Shown: positions 1-7,584 of the stretch, in pieces | Layout: each line of letters starts with the position of its first letter | Position numbering within the stretch: position 1 is the stretch's first letter | Virus record (IMG/VR): IMGVR_UViG_3300046777_001387 | Coordinates: 1 to 64,000 of that record | Direction: 5' to 3' (one strand) | Length of the DNA: 64,000 nucleotides | Source of the DNA: a virus | Program-made: the position numbers and the translations under genes | The notes under the pieces: generated by a model | Databases searched by the model: none | The model's input: only the letters and a program-made list of their open reading frames with translations | Told to the model about the DNA's origin: nothing

Positions 1-43
1 GATCCGCACCGAGCTTCGGAGCAATATCCAAACGCTCCGAGCG

Positions 44-340
44 ATGAGGCTTCAGATTCGCGAGATTGATAATGAAATCAAGCGGGCGAAGCACATCCAG
101 CGTCTTGTTCGTCAAGAGGCTCGTGAAGAAATCCTTTCGGCGCGTGAGGCTCGCCGAAATGAAAGAATCGCGAGAAAGCGGGCTGAGCTCGAAGCTAAGA
201 AGGAACGCTTGGCTAAGATGAAGCAGGCTCGTCAGAAGAAAATGCCGAAGACGGAACCGGTAGAGCCGGTGGAGGAAATCGCGGCGGTGAGGGTGCAGAA
301 GACGCCGAAGAAGGCGACGCTTTCCGCCGCCGCCCACTAA
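44..340 (+). CDS. Hypothetical basic coiled-coil protein; the true start may lie upstream of the window
   Basis: K/R/E-rich ORF followed by an intrinsic terminator. Confidence 0.6.
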   Translation: MRLQIREIDNEIKRAKHIQRLVRQEAREEILSAREARRNERIARKRAELEAKKERLAKMKQARQKKMPKTEPVEPVEEIAAVRVQKTPKKATLSAAAH

Positions 341-361
341 CCGTTTGAAACCGGGGGAACC

Positions 362-401
362 GACGGGACTGGATAAAAACCGCACCAGTCCCGTCTTTTT
401 T
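362..401 (+). terminator. Rho-independent terminator
   Basis: 11-bp stem GACGGGACTGG/CCAGTCCCGTC followed by T6. Confidence 0.85.
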
Positions 402-524
402 GGGAATCCGTCCTCCGCGCCCCGACGGAGCCGTTAGAGGGGCTTTCGGAGTCCGGGAGGGCGCGTAGGAGGGGTCCCGGAGACGCCGCCCGAGGCGGTT
501 TATAGGGCTCTCTCGGCGGTGCTG

Positions 525-589
525 TAAGTTGTTGATTCTATTACAGTTTCTACGGTTTACTTTTTCGCAGTTTCAGCTATAATGGCTGC
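525..589 (+). promoter_or_regulatory. Early promoter (GTTTACT-N16-TATAAT), leaderless, with an upstream IHF-consensus site
   Basis: TTTACT 556-561, TATAAT 578-583, ATG 6 nt later. TAAGTTGTTGATT at 525-537 is the reverse complement of WATCAANNNNTTR. Confidence 0.8.
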
Positions 590-907
590 ATGATGAGTGA
601 AACGGCACGGGCAGCCGCATTAGCCCAATACGACGCGCTTCAGCGCGAACGGGAAGAGGCGCGAGCGAAGGTTAAGGCGCTTCAGGAACGTAACGACGAC
701 ATTCAGGTAGAGCTTTATAAGCTAGAGGACGCGCTCAGGCTTACGGTTACGGAAGGTAAGGTTTACACCTCACCCCGGTCAACGCAGCGGCTCACCGTAA
801 AGAAGAAAGACAACAAGTATTACGTTTACGACGGCGAAACGCTAGAAATGGCGTATACCTCCGAGAGCGCGCTCGGGCTAGACCTCGGACTCTGGGGTGC
901 GTCGTAA
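590..907 (+). CDS. Hypothetical early protein (N-terminal coiled coil)
   Basis: ORF begins directly at the predicted TSS of an early promoter. Confidence 0.75.
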   Translation: MMSETARAAALAQYDALQREREEARAKVKALQERNDDIQVELYKLEDALRLTVTEGKVYTSPRSTQRLTVKKKDNKYYVYDGETLEMAYTSESALGLDLGLWGAS

Positions 908-915
908 GACGCCCC

Positions 916-1008
916 TAAGTTGTTGATTTCCTTACACTTTTCGTAAGTTATTGATTTTACTAAATTTTTCACCCTTTACTTCTTACGCAATACCGGTATA
1001 ATGTAATT
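916..1008 (+). promoter_or_regulatory. Early promoter (TTTACT-N16-TATAAT), leaderless, with two IHF-consensus sites
   Basis: TTTACT 975-980, TATAAT 997-1002, ATG at 1009. TAAGTTRTTGATT at 916-928 and 944-956. Confidence 0.8.
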
Positions 1009-1209
1009 ATGATGAATAACGTCGAAAAGCGACAGGACGCTGAACTCCTGATCAAGTCTTTCGTTAACTTTATCCGCAATACGGCGGAAAGGGATCTCGG
1101 TAAGAGCAATACCTACGTCCTCGGTTATCTCGAGTCGTTTCTCGCCAATAACCTCACGCCGACCATGAAGCGTGAGATGCTCAAGCAGATGAGCCTGAAG
1201 TCGAAGTAA
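1009..1209 (+). CDS. Hypothetical early protein
   Basis: Leaderless ORF. The YVLGYLESFLA segment resembles small phage early proteins (recall). Confidence 0.75.
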   Translation: MMNNVEKRQDAELLIKSFVNFIRNTAERDLGKSNTYVLGYLESFLANNLTPTMKREMLKQMSLKSK

Positions 1210-1218
1210 GGTCATAAT

Positions 1219-1398
1219 ATGAAAAAGACTGCAAAGGCTACGAAGCCGGATCTCTCGCCGGTTCCCTTCAATCTGAAGGAGGTCCTCGTCGAGGTGTATA
1301 ACCTTAAAGACGACGGCACCGAAAAGCTGGATTACATTATCGTCAACGGTAAGGTAATTGACTCGGTGTCGCTCCGTAACGCTCGTCCGAATTCTTAA
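1219..1398 (+). CDS. Hypothetical 59-aa protein (not in the ORF track)
   Basis: Manual translation MKKTAKATKPDLSPVPFNLKEVLVEVY...RNARPNS. Preceded by AAGGT and fills the gap in the operon. Confidence 0.65.
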   Translation: MKKTAKATKPDLSPVPFNLKEVLVEVYNLKDDGTEKLDYIIVNGKVIDSVSLRNARPNS

Positions 1399-1426
1399 TT
1401 TTTTCTTTACAAGGAAGCTTATAAAA

Positions 1427-1927
1427 ATGGCAAGTCGTCCCATTCAGCCGTTCGTTCTTTTCCAGATGCTCAAGTCTGCCGGTGTCGGCAACGTAGTCTC
1501 TCGCGCCGATATCGCGAAGACGCTCGGGGTGAATGAAGGTAGCGTCCCCGTCTACTTCTTCGTTCTTAAGAACAAGTTCAAGGTCAAGTTTGCAGTCGAG
1601 AAGAAGGGTCGAACAGTTATCGGCTACAAGCTTCTCGCAGATGACGTTGATGTGCGCGAGAACTGCCTCCCCCGTGGGCGTAAGGTGAGCGCAGCCGCTA
1701 AGGTCGCCAAGACGACCGTCGCTAAGGTCAAGCCGCCCAAGACGGCGAAGCCTGCAAAGGCTACCGAGCCGGAAGCGATCACCGTCGTCACCCGTGCCTC
1801 CAAGGAAGTCAAGAAGGCGAAGGAAGTCAAGCAGAAGCTGGCTCCGGTTGCCATGGAAGATCTTGAAATCGACGAAATCACGTCGAACGACCTCGAAGAT
1901 ATCAAGAGCCAGCTTGGGCTGGCTTAA
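1427..1927 (+). CDS. Putative HTH DNA-binding protein with a K/A/P-rich linker and acidic tail
   Basis: SRADIAKTLGVNEGSVPVY is HTH-like. AAGGAAG SD precedes the ATG at 1427 (start reassigned from 1358). Confidence 0.6.
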   Translation: MASRPIQPFVLFQMLKSAGVGNVVSRADIAKTLGVNEGSVPVYFFVLKNKFKVKFAVEKKGRTVIGYKLLADDVDVRENCLPRGRKVSAAAKVAKTTVAKVKPPKTAKPAKATEPEAITVVTRASKEVKKAKEVKQKLAPVAMEDLEIDEITSNDLEDIKSQLGLA

Positions 1928-2035
1928 TCTTCGAATTACACGGAAGTAACAGGAGCATCACCAGTCCTGCGCTGGCTTGATTTTGTTGTTTTGGGTTCAG
2001 TTTATCGTGTGCGGAATCCGGGGGAATATGTCGCC

Positions 2036-2509
2036 ATGCGCGACATATTCCTGAAGTTTAATCCTAAGTTGAAATATCTGCCGATTACTAAAAAGAAGTT
2101 GCTTCTGAAGATCGCTCAAGAAGGTAACATGCGAACAGAAACTCTTCTGGAAGAAACTATTTCGCTTGCTAGCAAGAAGCTTTCCCGTTCTGCTAAGTCG
2201 GGCGAGGATCTGAGCGACGGCAGCGAAGTTAAGTGGTGCTCGTTTTATAAGACCAAAAACGGTCAAACATATTCGTACACATCCAAGATCGGTTCCGTCC
2301 AAAATAAAAAAGGAACCCTTCGGGTTGCTGCGTATATCGACCACTGTGAGGAAATTCAGCTATTTGTTATTCCTGCTCGTAAGTGGAAGCTTATGACAAA
2401 CGGTAGTGGCAAAAAGCAGATCAGGCTTTCGTATAACACAAGAACGAATGCCGTGTCTAGAATTTCCGAGTTTAGGGTTGACTGGAAAAGCTTTATTTCT
2501 CTCAAATGA
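2036..2509 (+). CDS. Hypothetical basic protein, possible PD-(D/E)xK nuclease fold
   Basis: E..., D-x(5)-EVK pattern (EDLSDGSEVKW); start uncertain. Confidence 0.4.
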   Translation: MRDIFLKFNPKLKYLPITKKKLLLKIAQEGNMRTETLLEETISLASKKLSRSAKSGEDLSDGSEVKWCSFYKTKNGQTYSYTSKIGSVQNKKGTLRVAAYIDHCEEIQLFVIPARKWKLMTNGSGKKQIRLSYNTRTNAVSRISEFRVDWKSFISLK

Positions 2510-3042
2510 ACATCTTTTATCTAGACAAAGATCCGCAGGTAGCCGCGCAGTTTCATTGCGACAAGCATGTCGTTAAAATGATCCTCGAGTCGGCTCAGCT
2601 GCTTTCTACTGCGCACCGTATTATAGACGGTCAGCTGATTGCTGGTAAAACCAAGACTGGCAGAAACGCCAAAAGGTGGATTCTAAATGACTCTCGCGAA
2701 ACTGTACTTTATCAAGCTGGGCACGTCAATCACCCAAGTGCTGTATGGGTACGTGCCAATGTTGATCACTATCGCTGGCTACACGACCTCCTGTACTTCC
2801 TAATCGGCGAGTACAAGTATCGTTACAATGATAAGGATCATGCCTGCCAGAAACTTCAGAACGAACTTCTGAACTCGCCTATCAATATTCCCAATATTGG
2901 CTGGCAGGAACCGCCGCAGGCTATGCCCGATGAATGCAAGGTTCCGGGTGATAGCGTTCAAGCTTACAAGAATTATTACATGATGCATAAGCGAAGCATG
3001 GCTTCTTGGAAACGCAGGGGGCAGCCAAGCTGGTATAAATAG
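2506..3042 (+). CDS. Pyrimidine-dimer DNA glycosylase / endonuclease V family protein
   Basis: MNIFYLD..P..AA..HCDKHVVKMILESAQLLSTAH and HVNHPSAVW motifs. Confidence 0.85.
   Translation: MNIFYLDKDPQVAAQFHCDKHVVKMILESAQLLSTAHRIIDGQLIAGKTKTGRNAKRWILNDSRETVLYQAGHVNHPSAVWVRANVDHYRWLHDLLYFLIGEYKYRYNDKDHACQKLQNELLNSPINIPNIGWQEPPQAMPDECKVPGDSVQAYKNYYMMHKRSMASWKRRGQPSWYK
3034..3041 (+). promoter_or_regulatory. T4-type late promoter
   Basis: TATAAATA upstream of the 3074 ORF and phoH. Confidence 0.6.
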
Positions 3043-3073
3043 AGGCATACAGTATTTCTCCTTGGAGACTCTA

Positions 3074-3412
3074 GTGCCCACTTATACATTTCGTAATACC
3101 AAGTCCGGTAAGATTGAAGAACACGTGATGTCGATGTCTGTATATGATGCGTTCAAGGCATCTAATCCTCACCTTGAACGCTACATCGACGAGGCTCCAA
3201 TTGTTTCATACATGGGTGTCGGGGATAATATCTCTAAGACCGACGACACCTTCAAAGAAGTAATGTCTAAGATTGCTGAGCAGAATCCTCGCAGTCCACT
3301 GGCTGATCGCTTTCTGAAGAAATCTTCGAAGCGAGTAAAGACTGACGAGGTGCTCAAGAAGCATCAGAAAATTCAGCAGCAGAAGCGAGCCAGTGCTCCT
3401 AAGAGAGGATAA
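3074..3412 (+). CDS. Conserved T4-like protein with an FmdB-like N-terminus (MPTYTF)
   Basis: GTG start after GGAG; commonly adjacent to phoH in T4-like phages. Confidence 0.65.
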   Translation: MPTYTFRNTKSGKIEEHVMSMSVYDAFKASNPHLERYIDEAPIVSYMGVGDNISKTDDTFKEVMSKIAEQNPRSPLADRFLKKSSKRVKTDEVLKKHQKIQQQKRASAPKRG

Positions 3413-4171
3413 GTGTCTAAGAAGAAATACCCTTCAGCCAATACAGAAGCTGAAGTAGAAACAATCAAGCCGACGCCGCCCAGAGTAAAGCCTAGTGAGC
3501 TCAAGACCTTTGAGCCGCTAACCGAAAATCAGAAGTTGTTCTTTGAGGCTTATGGTCGCGGCGACTACTTCATTATGCTTACAGGTTCAGCGGGAACCGG
3601 TAAATCGTTCATTGCCTGCTACAAGGCAATCCAAGAAGTCTACGACAAGAACAGTTCCTTCAAGCGAGTTGTAATTGTTCGTAGCGCAGTACAGTCTCGC
3701 GACATCGGTTTCACTCCGGGTTCTCTGGAAGAAAAGATGTCACTGTACGAGCAGCCTTATATGCAGATCTTCCACACGCTGTTCAATCGCCGTGATGCAT
3801 ATGAAGGGCTGAAAGATGCCGGTCGCATCGAATTCATTTCAACCTCGTTCATTCGTGGTATGAGTTTCGATGACTCGATCATTATCGTAGATGAATGCCA
3901 GAACATGAACTTCGAAGAACTGGCTACGATTATGACTCGTGTCGGCTATCGTTCTAAGATTATTTTCTGCGGTGACTATCGTCAAACTGACTTGTACCGC
4001 CGCACAGGCGACAAGAGTGGACTACTGAAATTTCATCATGTCGCAAGACTGATGTCTTCCTTCACTAGCATCGAGTTCACTCCAGATGATATTGTTCGCT
4101 CAAGCCTAGTGAAAGACTTCTTGCTTGCAGTTGAAAAATATGAGAACCAAAACAATAGTGAAATCTCTTGA
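3413..4171 (+). CDS. phoH: PhoH-like ATPase
   Basis: Walker A GSAGTGKS; FIRGMSFDDSIIIVDECQN; TRVGYRSKIIFCGDYRQTDL; DIVRSSLV. Confidence 0.95.
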   Translation: MSKKKYPSANTEAEVETIKPTPPRVKPSELKTFEPLTENQKLFFEAYGRGDYFIMLTGSAGTGKSFIACYKAIQEVYDKNSSFKRVVIVRSAVQSRDIGFTPGSLEEKMSLYEQPYMQIFHTLFNRRDAYEGLKDAGRIEFISTSFIRGMSFDDSIIIVDECQNMNFEELATIMTRVGYRSKIIFCGDYRQTDLYRRTGDKSGLLKFHHVARLMSSFTSIEFTPDDIVRSSLVKDFLLAVEKYENQNNSEIS

Positions 4172-4196
4172 CAAGTCTCTAGAAACACAGTATAAT
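4168..4196 (+). promoter_or_regulatory. Consensus sigma70 promoter
   Basis: TTGACA-N17-TATAAT. Confidence 0.85.
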
Positions 4197-4202
4197 CACT
4201 GT

Positions 4203-4316
4203 GTGGCTATTGATGATACTCCGGTCATGAGTTCTAAGGGTATCGTGTATGGGTTGTTCTTCTCTAGTATACTATGGGGTATGTTGATACTAACATGGCA
4301 AACATTAATAAACTAG
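4203..4316 (+). CDS. Small membrane protein (37 aa), probably leaderless
   Basis: GTG lies 6 nt after TATAAT; hydrophobic GIVYGLFFSSILWGMLILTW. Confidence 0.5.
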   Translation: MAIDDTPVMSSKGIVYGLFFSSILWGMLILTWQTLIN

Positions 4317-4954
4317 TCATTGACTGTAACAACAGTAGAACTGACCTTTGTAATATCGCTGTAAAGCATAACATTGACAAGTGTGTCTATAGCAATAATC
4401 CTCCTCCGGTGGGTCATCTGCATCCGTACACTATGATCTATGATATGCTTTTCGGTGGTATGCGATACCTTCCGATCACTATCGGTGAGATTGGTATTCT
4501 TAAGAACGGAAGCATGAAGGCATGGCGAGACTACTTTGTCAATGCTACGCTGTACGGTTGGGACTTTGATCTTAACCTCATTAATAATGCTCTGATTGAG
4601 AATATTGATCGGTCTAACTATCACTACATGAACGTACATGATGTGAATAGTATTGATCGTGGGCTGAGTCGCTTCAATGGGAAGTATGACTTTATCATTG
4701 ACGACTCAGATCACCATGCTGAGTGGGCATATAATATCATGTCGGTGGTGCATAAGTATCTACGGACTGGTGGTGTTTTTGTTATTGAAGATGTTCAGGA
4801 TCCAGAGCCTTACGATCGGTTGATTGGTAATCACGCAGCTAAAAAGTATTTCAACTCAATGACGCTGGTTGATTGTCAGCACAACCTTAAGAAGTCTTGG
4901 GATAACGATAAATTTATTGTAATGTATAGGAACGACGTACCCTCCGATGTTTAA
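4295..4954 (+). CDS. Class I SAM-dependent (O-)methyltransferase
   Basis: EIGI..GSMKAWRDYF..ATLYGWD; DFIIDDSDH; LRTGGVFVIEDV. Confidence 0.8.
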   Translation: MANINKLVIDCNNSRTDLCNIAVKHNIDKCVYSNNPPPVGHLHPYTMIYDMLFGGMRYLPITIGEIGILKNGSMKAWRDYFVNATLYGWDFDLNLINNALIENIDRSNYHYMNVHDVNSIDRGLSRFNGKYDFIIDDSDHHAEWAYNIMSVVHKYLRTGGVFVIEDVQDPEPYDRLIGNHAAKKYFNSMTLVDCQHNLKKSWDNDKFIVMYRNDVPSDV

Positions 4955-5618
4955 TCATATTCACCATGACTTTCCCAAGCTTCTTCAGGAAAACGTTGAT
5001 GGCACTCGATGCTATGTGACGCCGGATGGGAAGAAGTATCCGTCAGTCACTACGGTTCTTTCTGACTATGGTAAGGAAGAACTAAATGCTTGGAAGGCGA
5101 GGGTGGGTGAGAAGGAGGCAGCGCGTGTTTCGCGAAAGGCGACCACTCGGGGAACTGCAGTTCACGCTGCCATTGAGCACTATCTCCATAACAAGGATAT
5201 CTCTGAGCTAGAGATGCTTCCTAACGTTAAGGAGATGTTTGTTAAGATGAAGCAGGAACTGGTGAAGCTTAACAATATTCACTGCCTTGAGACTAAGCTG
5301 TTTTCGCACGAACTCCGGTTGGCTGGGACGGTTGACTGTATTGCTGAGCACAATGGAGTTCTATCGGTCATTGACTTCAAGACTTCGCGTCGGCTGAAGA
5401 AGAAGGAATCTATTCAGCACTACTTTATGCAGGGTGCTGCATATGCCCATATGTTCCGGGAAATGACTAACCTAAATATTCAACAGGTTGTCATCCTCAT
5501 CGGAGTAGAGGGAGTTCCTTTCTGCCAGACGATGAAAGTTGATCCGAATGACCATATCGATGAACTTAAGAAGTATATTACACAATACGAAAATCGTCTT
5601 TTCGAAGGAGTTGCATAA
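4947..5618 (+). CDS. PD-(D/E)xK exonuclease of T4-like phages
   Basis: YPSVTTVL, RGTAVH..IE, LAGTVDCIA...IDFKTS, YFMQGAAYA. Confidence 0.9.
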   Translation: MFNHIHHDFPKLLQENVDGTRCYVTPDGKKYPSVTTVLSDYGKEELNAWKARVGEKEAARVSRKATTRGTAVHAAIEHYLHNKDISELEMLPNVKEMFVKMKQELVKLNNIHCLETKLFSHELRLAGTVDCIAEHNGVLSVIDFKTSRRLKKKESIQHYFMQGAAYAHMFREMTNLNIQQVVILIGVEGVPFCQTMKVDPNDHIDELKKYITQYENRLFEGVA

Positions 5619-5935
5619 TGATCGATCTATCAGCTGTTGACCCAGTGCTTGCTGGTGCTGTATTAGTTGGCGGTATGACGCTGGCTGTCGTTGCAAAGGT
5701 TCTGAATTCTTCTGCTCATAATAGCGTGCAGCCAGAGGTTCTTCCGGATCCAGCGCCGGAGGCTGTTGTGCAGGAACCTGTTATTGCAGAAGAAAAGTAT
5801 TCTTCAGGCTATCAAACCTCTTCTGCCGGTGTTGTTGAGGTTCCAGCAGAACCAACTCCTGCACCAAAGAAAGTCGCAAAGAAGAAGTCCCCTGCCAAGA
5901 AGAAGTCTGTAAAGAAGAAGTCGAAGGAGAACTAA
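5618..5935 (+). CDS. Membrane-anchored protein with a Pro/Glu linker and Lys-rich tail
   Basis: N-terminal hydrophobic helix; stop/start overlap with the previous gene. Confidence 0.7.
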   Translation: MIDLSAVDPVLAGAVLVGGMTLAVVAKVLNSSAHNSVQPEVLPDPAPEAVVQEPVIAEEKYSSGYQTSSAGVVEVPAEPTPAPKKVAKKKSPAKKKSVKKKSKEN

Positions 5936-5936
5936 T

Positions 5937-6140
5937 ATGTTAGCCACTATTATGACTCTTGTAGTTGTTTCACTTATTGTAGTATTCCTAGTGCTCCGAG
6001 CGAAGAAAGAACCACGTGGTCCTTCCAAGCTTCCAACTGCACCTCCGGGTGGCACCACTTATCAGGAGCCTGTTGAGAATTATTCTGATGGTGGTTCGGA
6101 TCCTACCAGAGATCCAGTCACGGGTGAACCGAAAGGTTGA
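5937..6140 (+). CDS. Small single-pass membrane protein
   Basis: GGAG SD; N-terminal TM helix. Confidence 0.7.
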   Translation: MLATIMTLVVVSLIVVFLVLRAKKEPRGPSKLPTAPPGGTTYQEPVENYSDGGSDPTRDPVTGEPKG

Positions 6141-6143
6141 TGC

Positions 6144-6362
6144 ATGATATTTGCTATGTTTCTGTTATGGATCAGCAGTATGCTGATGATTGAAAGAATG
6201 AAGCAAAGGGATAATAAGCGAAGGATTGAACTTGAGCGAAGGTATGAAGAGGTTCTCGATCAGAAAAGAAAACAGATCGAAGCTTTCCAGCCAACGCTAG
6301 AGTCTAAGTCTAGATGCGTATTTTCTGCTGACAGAAATGTAGAGTATATCTTTAAGGAATAA
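6144..6362 (+). CDS. Small membrane-anchored coiled-coil protein
   Basis: N-terminal hydrophobic stretch, then a charged helix. Confidence 0.55.
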   Translation: MIFAMFLLWISSMLMIERMKQRDNKRRIELERRYEEVLDQKRKQIEAFQPTLESKSRCVFSADRNVEYIFKE

Positions 6363-6610
6363 TGGTAGTAAACTCTTAGCTAAAGGTGTTTCGGACGCGG
6401 GTGCGATTCCCGCCACCTCCACCACTACGGGGGTGACCAGTTTTGACGGGACAAGTAATAACCTCGGAGCTACCAGTGAGGCGACTGACTTAATCAGCGC
6501 AAACAAAGTAAACGCAAACGATGATGTTTACGACATGGCTCTAGCTGCTTAATAGCAGTCTAGGTTCCTGAGTTTTCGGTGGGTTTTCTTGGAAACAGAA
6601 TAAACCCACC
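6362..6610 (+). ncRNA. ssrA: Circularly permuted (two-piece) tmRNA, tag ANDDVYDMALAA
   Basis: T-arm GCGGG-TGCGATT-CCCGC plus CACCTCC-A-CCA (ends 6424) precedes the 5' strand GGGGGTG (6429). G3:U70 pair. Tag ORF 6514-6552 ends LAA-stop. Confidence 0.93.
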
Positions 6611-6627
6611 TCTACTTAAGGTGCAAA

Positions 6628-6810
6628 ATGACAGAAACACACAAACGCACACTCGTCCGCGCTGCCTGTTGGCGATTAGTTGCTACGCTTATCACTGCTA
6701 TCTGGACTGGTCTTGAGGGTGCTATCGTTATCAATATCTTCATGACACTTGCGCACTATATTCATGAGCGGCTGTGGCTCAAGATTCGTTGGGGCAAAGA
6801 GCAAGTCTGA
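6628..6810 (+). CDS. DUF2061-like small membrane protein
   Basis: ETHKRTLVRA..WRLVAT and YIHERLWLKIRWG motifs. Confidence 0.8.
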   Translation: MTETHKRTLVRAACWRLVATLITAIWTGLEGAIVINIFMTLAHYIHERLWLKIRWGKEQV

Positions 6811-6818
6811 GTCTGAAG

Positions 6819-7580
6819 ATGGATGTTCGTGTTTATCAGGTGTACTTCCGAGAGGATCAGCTGAGTCATCTTGACTCAGCCTTCGTTCCGTTCGCTAATC
6901 TCGAGAATACCAATCCAGAACTCAGAGAGTATCCGCTACTGAAGAGCCTGTACTCTATGCAACAGCCTGAGTATTGGGGTATGGTTAGCTGGCGATGGAA
7001 AGAGAAGACTGCGCTCGAAGGGCGAATGTTCCTTGATTGGATTGCAGATAACGCAGGATACGATGTGTATCACATCAATCCTTTCCCCGAAGTAGCAGCT
7101 AATCATCCAAACATCTTCCACCATGGTGAAGTTGTACACAAGGGAATGATCCCTTGCGTGGAAAGACTTATGCGGCTCATGGGACTAGATCGCATAGATC
7201 TACTGCACTCTAGTTTCCCAGTACGATACAACAGCACGTGCCATTTTTATATCGGCAACTCTAGCTTCTGGCAAGGATGGATGGAGTTTGCTGCTGAGTG
7301 TAATTCTGTTGTGCAGAAAGATGAGCTTCTATATGACTTCATGCACGTGCAGCGTAGTCGCCACAGAAAAGAACACTTGATCAACTATTCGTTTGTGATG
7401 GAACGATTGGTAAACCTGTATATGATCATCAACAAGGTTTCGGTCAAGTATTACCCATACGAAAAGTTAAACAACACTAAAGACACAAAGAAACGCGCTG
7501 AAGAGTTGCAAGTGATTGCTCTCAAAGAGTCTGACGTGTTCTACAAGACTCCAGACCGCAATAAGCCATTATGGTGGTGA
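6819..7580 (+). CDS. Hypothetical protein, possibly glycosyltransferase-like
   Basis: VYQVYF...NTNPELREYP...WGMVSWRW..KT...FVMERL resembles a family near glycan genes in large phages (recall). Confidence 0.45.
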   Translation: MDVRVYQVYFREDQLSHLDSAFVPFANLENTNPELREYPLLKSLYSMQQPEYWGMVSWRWKEKTALEGRMFLDWIADNAGYDVYHINPFPEVAANHPNIFHHGEVVHKGMIPCVERLMRLMGLDRIDLLHSSFPVRYNSTCHFYIGNSSFWQGWMEFAAECNSVVQKDELLYDFMHVQRSRHRKEHLINYSFVMERLVNLYMIINKVSVKYYPYEKLNNTKDTKKRAEELQVIALKESDVFYKTPDRNKPLWW

Positions 7581-7584
7581 TGTC

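Noticed and set aside
590-907. Local scarcity of TG dinucleotides
   Set aside because: It is confined to one short gene and absent in neighbours, so it cannot be separated from chance without counting.
976-1443. 155-aa minus-strand ORF and similar antisense ORFs across the window
   Set aside because: They overlap plus-strand genes that have promoters and SD sites, and show no recognisable motifs.
4947-5618. Cas4/CRISPR association of the exonuclease
   Set aside because: It lacks the four-Cys Fe-S pattern, and there is no array or cas gene. It is the usual T4-like exonuclease.
6390-6435. tRNA-Ala or an integration (att) remnant
   Set aside because: There is no anticodon arm, the halves are in permuted order, and a tag ORF follows, so it is a tmRNA. 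No integrase is present in the window.
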